Source: the human T2T-CHM13v2.0 reference genome, Homo sapiens. From it: a DNA stretch of 64,000 bases. The notes under the pieces were generated by a model. It saw only the letters and a program-made list of their open reading frames with translations. It made no database searches and was not told the origin of the DNA. Position numbers and translations under genes: made by a program. The stretch's first letter is position 1, and the number at the start of each line of letters is the position of its first letter. Positions 30,091 to 41,239 of this stretch are shown one piece after another. The stretch lies in the NCBI RefSeq assembly GCF_009914755.1, contig NC_060926.1; one strand, given 5' to 3'.

Positions 30091-30394
30091 GGCTGGACAC
30101 AGTGGCTCACATCTGTAATCCCAACACTTTGGGAGGCTGAGGTGGGAGAACTGCTTGAGCCCAGGAGTTCGAGACCAGCCTGGGTAACATAGTGAGACCC
30201 CATCTCTACAAAAAATTAAAAAATTAGCTGGGTGTGGCAGCACATGCCTATTGTCTCAGCTACTTAGGAGGCTGAGGCAGGAGGATCACTTGAGCCCAGG
30301 AGGTCAAGGCTGCAGTGAGCCATGATTGTGCCACTGCACTCCATCCCTAAGTGACAGAGCAAAACCCTGTCTCTAAGAATTATTAAAAAAGTAA
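30091..30394 (+). mobile_element. AluJ
   Basis: gcttgagcccaggagttcgag and gaggtcaaggctgcagtgagccatgattg. TSD aata(c/t)tgggaact at 30078-30090 and 30395-30407. Confidence 0.93.
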
Positions 30395-30514
30395 AATATT
30401 GGGAACTATCTCTTTCCTGTGCACTCTACCAATTCTATTAAATTCTACACCTGAAATATCCAGGCTCTGAAAAGGAAAGGTCTCATAATGCTGGGAGTCT
30501 CTGGATCTTAACTG

Positions 30515-30572
30515 TTTCTCTCTCTCCCTCTCACTCACTCACACACACACACACACACACACATACACACAC
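30515..30572 (+). repeat. Compound (TC)n(TCAC)n(CA)n microsatellite
   Basis: Direct observation. Confidence 0.93.
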
Positions 30573-30688
30573 CCCAAGGGGATGAAAATATGTGACTTCG
30601 CATTACTAGTACTGAGGCAAATCATACAAGACTCTAAAAAGCTCCAGATGGAAAACTGTGAAACCAGATGATAAAGATGACAAGTGTA

Positions 30689-30988
30689 GGCTGGGCGTGG
30701 TGGCTCACACCTGTAATCCCAGCACTTTGGGAGCCCGAGGCGGGTGGATCACGAGGTCAAGAGATCGAGACCATCATGGCCAACATGGTGAAACCCCGTC
30801 TCTACTAAAAATACAAAAATTAGCTGGGCGTGGTGGTGTGCACCTGTAGTTCCAGCTACTCAGCAGGCTGAGGCAGGAGAATGACTTGAACCCAGGAGGA
30901 GGAGGTTGCAGTGAGCCGAGATTGCACTACTACACTCCAGCCTGGCAAGAGAGTAAGACTCTGTCTCAACAACAACAACAACAAAAAA
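30689..30988 (+). mobile_element. AluSc-like with (AAC)n tail
   Basis: gatcacgaggtcaagagatcgagaccatc. Degenerate TSD aaagat..aagtgta. Confidence 0.93.
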
Positions 30989-31039
30989 GATAAGTGTAAA
31001 CACACTGGCTAAAACTCATATGTTCACATGACTAATTAA

Positions 31040-31530
31040 CTACTAGTTGTTTATTAAGGATTTATTATATGTCCAGTTCCATGTTAGGTACTGCAGGATT
31101 TACAGAATAAGGAATGATTTGGTCCATGTTCTCTAGTAGTTCTCTGAGTAGTCCAGCTGGGAGAGATAATGCTAAAAAAACAAACAAACAAATCAGCACA
31201 AGAAACACCACAAGACTATACGTATAATTAAATGTTAAATTCTGCACATAAGTGATGGAGAAATTTCCAGAAAAGGAGTACCACTTCGGATCAGATTAGA
31301 CAGGGAAGGCATCTTTGAGGCAGTAACACTGAGCTGAGTCTTAAAGCTTGAGAAGACTTAGCTGAAGAGAGATGGGAGATGTAGACTATGAGAAATACAG
31401 AAGTGGGCTTAGAAACTCCAATGAGCCTTAGCATGAGGAGAAGAAAACAGTTAAAGGGGGGAAAAGTACAGGTTAGAGTATTTGAGTATAAAGGAGAGTA
31501 CTGGAGAGTGGTTTAAAAATTAGGTTGTAT
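31040..31530 (-). mobile_element. L2 fragment, interrupted by the LTR
   Basis: tttattaaggatttattatatgtccag...ctctgagtagtccagctgggagag...cagggaaggcatctttgaggcagtaacactgagctgagtcttaaag. Confidence 0.7.
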
Positions 31531-31536
31531 AGATAC

Positions 31537-32266
31537 AGTAAAAAATAAAGATGAAATCCTAAGCCCCCCCAACCTACTGAACAGACCCCCTGTTAGCCAA
31601 GGGGACCCCAGAAATCCTTGAAAACTCAGTTCCCAACCATGACCAGACAGGAGGTCAGACGTGCCTCATGATGTCCCCTCCCTCCATAACCAACATTAGG
31701 ATTTCCTCCGTAAGGATTAAACAGAAACCAGCCCTTTGGAAAGCCCCACTCCACCCCTGATGTCAATCAACCTCCTGAAACCGCCCCTCCTTTTTGTGGT
31801 TTTCAACAAAATAACCAACCAGCATTCCTTCTTGATAAGAGACCACAGACCACAGAGTGGTTCTGGCCAGTCCACGGAGGATGTGCAGGGAGGGGTTTTG
31901 CATCCTCTGCTTCATCTTTTGAAGTCAGAGATCCGAAAATTCCACCCTGGATCATGCTAATGCCGCCATAGTTAAAAACCATGGGTCCCCTGGTGAAGGA
32001 TGAGGCTCAGCTGTGCATGCGCATGTTTCTCCCTTCCTAAATACACATGACTCCTCCTATTGCTTACAGAACACGAATATTCCTCCACCTCCTTCAGTGT
32101 GAATCCCTGTCTTATTCTTCTCACCCTCCAATTGTTTGTTTCTGGTCTCCAATGGAAGGCTATGCTTCCCAGTCTGTCAGAATGGCTACCCTGCAGGCTG
32201 CAACCCTTTATGAAAAATAAAGCTCTCCTTTCCAAATTTATGAACCTCATCATTCTTCAGCTGACA
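31537..32266 (+). mobile_element. Solo LTR, ERV1/MER4-group-like (subfamily not assigned)
   Basis: aaatcctaagccccccaac...gaacagaccccc...ccaaggggaccccaga start typical of this group, TATA-like taaata at ~32038, AATAAA at ~32216 and terminal ...tgaca at 32266. Confidence 0.75.
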
Positions 32267-32696
32267 ATGAGGCTGGAATTAAAAAATCTAGAAAACCAAG
32301 GAGTCAGACTTGATGCATTAGAGCCACTAACAGTTTATGGGGATGGGCATAATTAAAAGACTCTAAGAAATATCAAGTAAGACTTTTGATTGAAGTTAAC
32401 AGAAGAGAGGCATTTTTATTCGACTTTCCTCCTAAAGACAACCAAAATAAAAAGAACTCAAAAAAGAACAGACTCAATATTCACCCTAATTAGAAGGCCA
32501 TCTCATCTACAAGCCATGAGGAATAATTTCCAATGAAGTAAAAATTGAACCAAATTGAATGAGGATACAAAAACAAAACCGATTAAACCTTTTTTTTTTT
32601 TTGCATGTATTCATTTAGCTTTTTCTTTTAAAGAGCAGAGAACATATAATTTCTGTCTAATTTTTTGCTTTTCTCCCAGGGCAGGGAAAAATCTCA

Positions 32697-33016
32697 ATTG
32701 TTTTTTGTCTTGTTTTGTTTTTGTTTGTGAGACAGGGTCTTGGTCTGTCACCCAGGCTGGAGTACAGTGGTGCCATAACTGGCTCACTGCAGCCTTAACC
32801 TCCTGGGCTCAAATGATCCTCCCACCTCAGCCTCCCAAGTAACTGGGACTACAAGCATGCATCACCACACCTGGCAATTTTTTTTTTTTTTTTTTTTGGA
32901 GAGATAGGCTCTCACTATGTTGCCCAGGCTGGTATCAAACTTCTGGCCTCAAGTGATCCTCCTACCTCGGACTCCCAAAGTACTAGGATTACAGGTGTGA
33001 GCCACCATCTCCAGCC
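32697..33016 (-). mobile_element. AluJ
   Basis: gagacagggtct...gcagccttaacctcctgggctcaa...cactatgttgcccaggctgg, with an expanded central T tract. Confidence 0.92.
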
Positions 33017-33379
33017 TAATAAAGAGACTCCTAAATGGAGACACAGCACAGCACAGGATCAAATTAATTACGTGAGAAAATATTCTGAGATAAAATGCCT
33101 GAATTAATGATGATGTTGGCCCAACTCACTCTCTGTCTCCTCCCCATTCAATTCTTGAGTAAACAGTTGTAATAGATAAAATGGCCTTCAGTTGAAGATG
33201 GGTAATAACAAAAAGAAAGCATACATGGATAAGTGCACAGCCTGATAGGAAGGAAGAAAGGGAGGGAGGGAGAAAGAAAGGCAGGCAGGCAGGCAAGAAG
33301 CAACAGAGATTAAAAACATGTCAGAAGAATTACATTACAAACCAAAGTCTGGCATGAAGACAATGAACAAGGAACTACT

Positions 33380-34105
33380 GAAAAACCACAATAAGATACT
33401 ATACTACTACACACCCATTACTAGGATGACCAAAATTTAAGACAGCCAATACTGAATGCTCACAAGGGTAGAGAACAACTGTAAATGTCATACATTGCTG
33501 ATCAGAGTACAAAATGGCACAAACACTTTGGAAAACCATTTTCATACACACACCATGCCATTCGGCTTTTCCACTCCTAATTATTTACTCCAGAGAAATG
33601 AAAACATATCCACACAAAGACTTATTGTATTAGTCCATTTTTACACTGCTATCAAGAACTGCCCAAGACTGGGTAATTTATAAAGGAAAGAGGTTTAATT
33701 GACTCACAGTTCAGTATGGCGGGGGAGGCCTCAGGAAACTTACATTCATGGCAGAAGGTTAAAGGGAAGCAAGGCACCTTCTTCACAAGGTGGCAGGAGG
33801 GAAAATGAATGCAGGAGGAACCACCAGACACCCACAAAACCATCAGATCTCGTGAGAACCCACTCAACGTCATGAGAACAGCATGGGGGAACCATCCCCA
33901 TGATTCAACCACCTCCACCTGGTCTCTCGCCTGACACACGGGGATTATGGGGACCACAGGAACCATGCGGATTACAATTCAGGATGAGATTTTGGGTGGG
34001 GACACAGCCAAACCATATCACTTATGTACAAATGTTCACTAGCAGCTTTATTTGTAATAACTCATAACTGGAAAAAACCCAAATGTCCATCAATATGTGA
34101 GCATC
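33380..34105 (+). mobile_element. L1M 3' fragment split by the THE1 LTR
   Basis: ataagatact...cacacccattactaggatgac...cagagaaatgaaaacatatccacacaaagact[LTR]gtacaaatgttcactagcagctttatttgtaata. Confidence 0.75.
33626..34020 (-). mobile_element. THE1 (THE1C/D-like) solo LTR, ERVL-MaLR
   Basis: Minus strand runs TGATATGGTTTGGCTGTGTCCCC...GGACTAATACA. Perfect 5-bp TSD cttat at 33621-33625 and 34021-34025. Confidence 0.93.
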
Positions 34106-35497
34106 CTGTCAGACCTTTTCTGTACTCATATATATATGTGTGTGTGCGTATACATATATGTATACATATATGTACACATTTAGAAACAGGTTTTTTCCTC
34201 TTCATAACATAATTTGAATCATATTAAAGAAAGGCAAAAATTTTATAAAGGCAAAAAGTTATAATAATAAAACCTGGATTGTTATTTTTTATGTAATCAT
34301 TCAATTTATATTTCAAAATGTATTGAAAAGCAGTCTATCATAATGTAAATTTTGATGGGGGAAAATGGGAAAGGGGAAAAATAGTAATTAAAAATGATAT
34401 GTGCAATAAATTGACCTAAAGAAAGAATAAAATTAAGGAACTCTGAGTTTTTCATAGACTTTGAATTCTACTCAGCCCACCATATTTTTCTTCAATGCAA
34501 ATTCTATTATATGATCAAGATGACAATGACATTTCTGGATCCATTAATAGTGCTTTCCAGACGGCCAATTTCTGGTGATGCTTTAATCAGATCTTAGGTG
34601 AACAGAATCTTAAAACCTAATATAATCATTCCTTCTCAGAAACATAACCAAAACAGGTATCTTTTTTATTAACAGGTCTTCCTTTAAGCCCACTTATTTA
34701 CAAAGCAGACGGTTTTGAAATTTTTAGTAAATTATAAACTTGTAAATCTCTGAAGCAGCTCCCAAGCACCCACCCCTCCCCCCGAAAAAAGATGTTGAAC
34801 AAAATGAAATGATCTTTCAAGGCACTTAACAATTCTGAGTAATCTTGGACACAAGTCAGGTCAAAACAACTGTACTTTTTCATCTCAACAACAAAGACTA
34901 GAAAATAAAACGCAAGGGAAAGCCTTAAGAGAGTGGCCTAAGGAGATGAAACAAATGTGTACAAATGCCTGATGAAAGAAACAAACTCTCACTTATTCAT
35001 TATCCCCTGGTCCGGGGAGACTCCAATACAAGAGAGAAGTGCCCTCCACTCACACCAGCAGTGAAAGAAACTGCAAACTCCCCCATTCCCCAGTGGTAGT
35101 ATTCCAGGGCTTCTGAGTCTTGGTAGAAATTTAACTTGTAAGTTCTGTAGTCACTAAGTGGCAATTAGTCATAGGGACATCCAATAACCCAGTGCTTTCT
35201 TCTCTAATGGTCACTAGTGATAGCATCAAAAACCCTGTTGGGTGTATAACAGAAGGGGTGTCTCAACCTCTTTCACATGAGATTAGGAGAGAAGCAGCAG
35301 TAATTATTGTAACAGGTGATTGCATTATCAATTGTAACTGTTAGCATGGGTTACTACTGAGTGAGAGATGAGTTCTCTAAAAATACCACAGAGCTGCCTC
35401 AGTGCCTAGAATGTTTGGGAATGGACTGAAACAGATCCAATGTAGATTCGTCACGCAAGTCAGGCTGCACACCACCCACCACCACCCTCTACCCTGC

Positions 35498-35550
35498 AAA
35501 AAAAAAAAAAAAGAAAGAAAGAAAAAGGAAAAAGAAAAAGAAAAGAAAAA
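35498..35550 (+). repeat. A/GA-rich tract (polypyrimidine on the HECW2 sense strand)
   Basis: Direct observation. Confidence 0.9.
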
Positions 35551-36850
35551 TTCCAACTGCAAAGGGGAAATTTTAATAGAAATGAAATTTCAAAACTACA
35601 AGGCTGGGCTTTTTGAGAATACTAATGCAGAGTGGCATTCGTTTGCATTATGACTATAACAGTAGTAATTGCAGAGAAAGTGCTAATTTTTTCATCATTG
35701 TTTTAAACTTGCTTATATAATATTGTATTTTATATTACAAAGTGAAACTATTTCCAAGGTGATTAACTGAACTACCTGATCTCTTTGTTCTTTGAATTCT
35801 ATTAGATAACACTGTTTTTTGTTATAATCTGCCTCACTCTGAAACCTTCTACCCTTTATACTGCTACAACCAGGTGGCAGCCTGTACAGTGATCTTCCTT
35901 TCCCTGAAAATCCACAGGGGCAACGAGCCCAACTAGCAACATTCAATATCTGGGCTTCACCTTGACCCAGAAAATGCAAATCAAACTATGCTGAAAGCTT
36001 CATACAAAGGAACTGAAAGTAAGTACTATTTTGATCTACTTTCCCATTCTCCTTCCTCCACCTATGAAAACTCAGGTCCTTTTATTTTACTTTCAAATCC
36101 ATCTTTCCATCTTCCAGCTTTTCCTTTTTTTTTTTTCTGGAAATGGTTTAACCAATACTTCTGAATAGGAATACATTAAAATTGCTACCCACTTTTGCGG
36201 CCATTATCATCTCAACTGCTTCCAATTTCATTTTGGATCTCTCAACATAAAACATTAGGAAAATGGCACCTAAGAAAGCATATGCTGCCACTTTATCACC
36301 AGCTGTTATTGCCTCATCTTAACTCTCATTTTAGGGCCTTTAAACATACCCCAGAATTCCCATCTGAAAAACTACATAGGTTACATAGGAGGGGAAAAAA
36401 TTTCAGGTAGAACTAGGGTTCAATAGTAACGCTGGGAGTTAGAATGATAACTTAAGTATCATCAATATTTTTGTTTTGTTCTGTTTTACTAATCATGAAG
36501 ATGCCACCAAAACTAAAGCAGATCCTGTTTCCTTTCAAGATATCAAATTACAGGTTTTTGGTGACTAAGCTGAGACATTCAATCCTCTTTCTACTATATA
36601 CCAAATAAGCAAGAAAGGGGAAAAGCCAAAGGAAAACCTAAAGTATAACTCCCAGGATTTTACAAACAAGAGGCAAAAATTCAGTCTATAATTATCCCAT
36701 TGGCCATGCTCAAACCCGTAAGAATTCAGAGGAGGCAAAAGGTTAGTGTAATGATAGTATTTTTAAGCTCATGTTAGGAAAAAGGATGATAAACCTCCAA
36801 ATAGGATAAGACTGTGCTTGTAAAAATCTTCGCTTAAAGAAGGGGACAGT

Positions 36851-37168
<318 letters not shown>

Positions 37169-37772
37169 CTAATATGCTCTCCTGGAGAGGTAGGGTTCTA
37201 CATGCACCTCAATGGAGAATGAACAACTCAAAGCATAGCTTTAAGAGTAAAGTATTTTATTTCTAACAAATTAAAGTATTTGGCAGTAATTTTTTTAAGC
37301 AGATGGATTGGAATATTTTGGGAAATGCTAAGGGGCTGATTTGCTATTGCTTTTTAGAACTTCAAGTTATAAAATAAGATTTTGGCTAATCTAGTCTCCT
37401 TCCAGATTCAGAGGTGTTTATTAAAGGCAACAGAATTGCTTTAACTTTCTTATCTAGATTAATCTGTGAAGCAGTAGTTAGCTTTAATTAGGAATCCAAA
37501 TTCAAATAATTAAAATAATGCTGGATTCAGTGTTCTTAGTCCTCCGAAGTAGGAATCATGGATTTAAAAATAACCATGTGCCTAGGACAATTTGGGCCCA
37601 GCTTACATCATGATTTTTAGGGTGCTCTTGAGGTAAAGTCACCATTTTTTCTACTGCTTGTAAGCCTAATCTTACTTTAGGGAACCTGCCTTAACTTTTG
37701 CTTTTCCATGATAAAGATTAGTAAACTTTCTCTACAAATTCCTGTGCTTATATTAAGTTTAAATAAACTCAT

Positions 37773-37841
37773 GTTTCCTAACTGTGCCATGCAAATACGT
37801 GGCCGTTCTGGACACGTATTTGCATGGCACAGTTAGGAAAC
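37773..37841. repeat. Perfect 29-bp inverted repeat with 11-nt spacer
   Basis: gtttcctaactgtgccatgcaaatacgtg (37773-37801) and cacgtatttgcatggcacagttaggaaac (37813-37841) are exact reverse complements. Confidence 0.98.
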
Positions 37842-40102
37842 TGATCTGGACCACTGATCCAAAAGGACAGAAAATGAAAATGAAGCCCCACCATTTCTTG
37901 TTTTCTATTCCTTTAGCCTCATGCAATTCCACTGGATGTACAATGCAATCATTCCCCTTTCTTTAGCCCTTTTCTTCTATCAGTCATCTGGCCAATATTT
38001 ATTGAACATTTGCTATTCACAGTCCTTCAAAGAAATTGCTTTCACAGGCTGTCCAAATATGTAGCTACAAAGTTATGTTCACATCCAATCCCATAACCTT
38101 TTAATTGTTTCTCTAACAGACTGGCTGTTAAGAATATTTTTTAGAAACGACCATATTTACCTAATGGCTAAGAATTTTCTTTGTCACACCTATATACCAG
38201 CAGAATCCAGTGATCAAGTATAAATGACTCTCCCTACTCCATCCATGAGGTTGACAGTGAGGAAAACAGTGTTACCCAAATCTATTAATATTTGGCTCCA
38301 GAGATTTGAATAAAGAGTTGGAAAGTGGAGGATCCCTTTCAGCAGTGTGCTAGAGCTGGCTTCCCCATCCTGAGACCTCAGGTTGTTGGCTTGAATTAAG
38401 CCACAATGAAAATATTTACACTTCAATGACTTTCCTCCAAATATTTCCCTCTCCAAAATGTTATCCAAATCCATTCTGTCCCTGGGTTTAGATAATCCAG
38501 GGATAAAAGTTTAGCTAGCAAGGGTTACCTTTTACATTAAGAAATTACTACTTGTAAGTATGAACTTATAAAAACATCAAATTATAGCTTTCCCAGCCCT
38601 CAGGGCACTTCCAAAATATTCACAGGGAAGAGACATAGGAAATGCATAGAGAAGCAGGTGCAAAAATAATACTGAAGCTGGTGAGAGGGTTGGCCAGCAG
38701 GAATTCAGATTGTTTGAAATTCTCCAGAAGAGTTTAGAGAGGAAAGGGAAGTGAGATTTGAAGCAGATCTTAATTGATGATTATGATTTTAGACAGCTGG
38801 AAAAAGTAGAAAGTGTCATCTCCAGGGGAATTACTGAATAGGCAGAAAAATGGGTAAAAGCATAAGGTGAGCTAGAAATGGGCTTTGGGCCAGTCTGGCA
38901 ATACCTTGAAAAATCAGCCAGGCAGAAGGAGCTACTGAAGTTCTATGATGAGAGTGATAAAGAAGTGTTTTAAGAATATTCTTTCAAATTTTGTTGACTC
39001 CTCGATTTTCTGATCTTTAACTTCTTTTCTGATCTCTGATAACTCCAACCGTCTTAGTTTTCAGACTTGCTAGACTAGAATGCATACTAGTACCAAGCCT
39101 GCTGCCATGTCACTTGGTAACCCTGAACCTCCTGCTAGGGATTACCACAAGTACCAGTTGATGTCAGCTTTAACTCCTAAAGCTGTTGTTAGGGGTTCCC
39201 AAAGAAATGGTTTAGGATAAATTTCAGCCTAGCTTGTCTTCAGTAAATTGTAAATTATTATAATTTAAATGAAGACAATTCTCAAAACTCTGCATATGCA
39301 TTCTTAAAGCTATTCCCTTGGAACCCCAAATATCTCTTCCAATACAAAATTACTTCCTCCTTATCTTTGCACCTTATAAATATTTCTACCACTACTGCTA
39401 TTCTTAGTATTATTAGCCTCTACAGAATCTGGAATCAAACTGCTTGGTATAGGATGAGGGGGAGGGAGAGGAAGGAGGGAGGGAAGGGGAGGAGGAGCTG
39501 CTATTTATTGAGAGCTTTCTGGGCTTTCTTGCAGATTCCATTTAATCCTCCTTGTAATCCTGTGAAAAAGGAAGACACGGAGGCTCAAGTCAATACTTCT
39601 ATGATGCGCTTACAGTCATTCATTCTAATGTTGGTTTCAGCGTCTGACTCTTCTTAGGGAACCCTACATGCAGGAAATGGCTGCTATGTATTTGTAAACA
39701 GAAACAATATTGGAAGTGGCAATTAACTTTCCAGGTTAAACTTGAAAAGTCAGATTAAAAGAATAATACTGGATATTGAGCATACAAATTATCACAACAT
39801 AAAAGCAGGAAAAGGGAAGATTTTCTCATTTCTGAGCAAAACCCCCATGCTACCTTTATCTCACCCTCTAATTCCTCTTCTTACTAAATAAATGTCATGT
39901 TTCCCTGACAGCCCCCTCCAATCCAGGCCTAGCCTATTCCCTAAGTGTCCATGTTACAAAATTACTTTCTCTTCTCTTGCTAAACGTGTCCTTATAGAAC
40001 ATAGCAACAGAGTCTAATAATCATCAGCATCAACAGTGTCTAATAATCATACTGGCAATACAAATAGCCAGTAGCCGGTAACAACCCTTCATTCTCCCAG
40101 TT

Positions 40103-40386
40103 GTTTCTTTTTTTCTTTTTTTGAGATGGAGTCTCACTCCGTTGCCCAGGCTAGAGTGCACTGCAACCTCCACCTCCCAGGTCCAAGCAATTCTCCTGCC
40201 TCAGCCTCCCGAGTAGCTGGTATTACAGGCACATGCCACCAAGCCCAGCTAATTTCTGTATTTTTAGTAGAGATAGGGTTTTGCCATGTTGGCAAGGCTG
40301 GTCTCGAACTCCTGACCTCAAGTGATCCGCCCGCCTTGGCCTCCCAAAGTGTTATGATTACAGGCATCAGCTACCGTGCCCAGCTG
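40103..40386 (-). mobile_element. AluS with a small internal deletion
   Basis: Reverse Alu; gagtgca|ctgcaacc lacks ~18 nt of consensus. Confidence 0.92.
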
Positions 40387-40586
40387 GTTGTTCTTTAAAG
40401 ACGAATGTTTCAATTAATTACATTAACTCAAATTAATCTCTCACTGGTAAAGCCTCAAATTGCATGGAGTATGTACAATATTGTCAACACCCACCCACCC
40501 CTACGCTTCAGTTACTTTTTAAAGATTAGAGGAGGAGTGGACACTTCTGAGGCAGGTCAACCTTGCCTAGGATTCTGATTTTTAAA

Positions 40587-40728
40587 GCAAAACTTCTCAA
40601 GCGTGACTTGTTAAAATGCAGCCTCTGAGTCAGTAGGATTGGAGTGGAGCCTGAGAATCTGCATTTCTAACAAACTTCTAAGTGATGGTGACACTGCCAC
40701 CTGCAGACCACACTTTAAGTGGCAATTC
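40587..40728. mobile_element. MER5A/B-type hAT MITE
   Basis: cttgttaaaatgcag...tcagtaggattggagtggagcctgagaatctgcatttctaacaa...gaccacacttt. Confidence 0.8.
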
Positions 40729-41192
40729 TCTAAACTATTCCATTTTTTTTCCCTGCTTGTTAATATTTCCACTTCCAAAGCTACAGATTTTCCACATGAA
40801 TGAAGGTCTGAGGTGTGTTTTCAAAATAACTCAGGTCAGCAAGATCTGTAAGAAGGGACTTGGACTGTGGGAGCGGGGAAGCAAAGGGAAGGATGATATA
40901 CATATATGGGTTACCTAAGCCAAGCCTACAGGTGTTCAAGCAAGAATTACAGAAAGCCAGTGTTGTTGAGATTTTTCCTACATTTATCTGCCTCGTCCTC
41001 CTAGACAGCATTTAAGTTGCAAAATGTTTTTTAGCAGGCTAATGACAGGTTACATCCACTACACTATATCGTGATGGAAGAAGCAACAATTCTTTTTCAA
41101 GGAGAGGAGGTGATATGGTACTTCCCATCAGAGCCAGATGTGAAGAAGGAAGACAAAGAATGGTTTTATTTTCTATCGCAGGTCACTGAACC

Positions 41193-41204
41193 TGTGTGTG
41201 TGTG

Positions 41205-41237
<33 letters not shown>
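41193..41237 (+). repeat. (TG)n microsatellite
   Basis: Direct observation; one CG interruption. Confidence 0.96.
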
Positions 41238-41239
41238 AA

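Noticed and set aside
39290-39301. MORE-like POU site ctgcatatgcat, plus scattered AP-1 (TGAGTCA) and XRE (CACGCAA at 35452) motifs
   Set aside because: Isolated short motifs occur at chance frequency over 64 kb, and I cannot assess clustering or conservation here.
41161-41237. + strand acceptor-like ttttattttctatcgcag next to the (TG)n repeat
   Set aside because: It is on the strand opposite HECW2, and nothing in the sequence shows an antisense transcript here.
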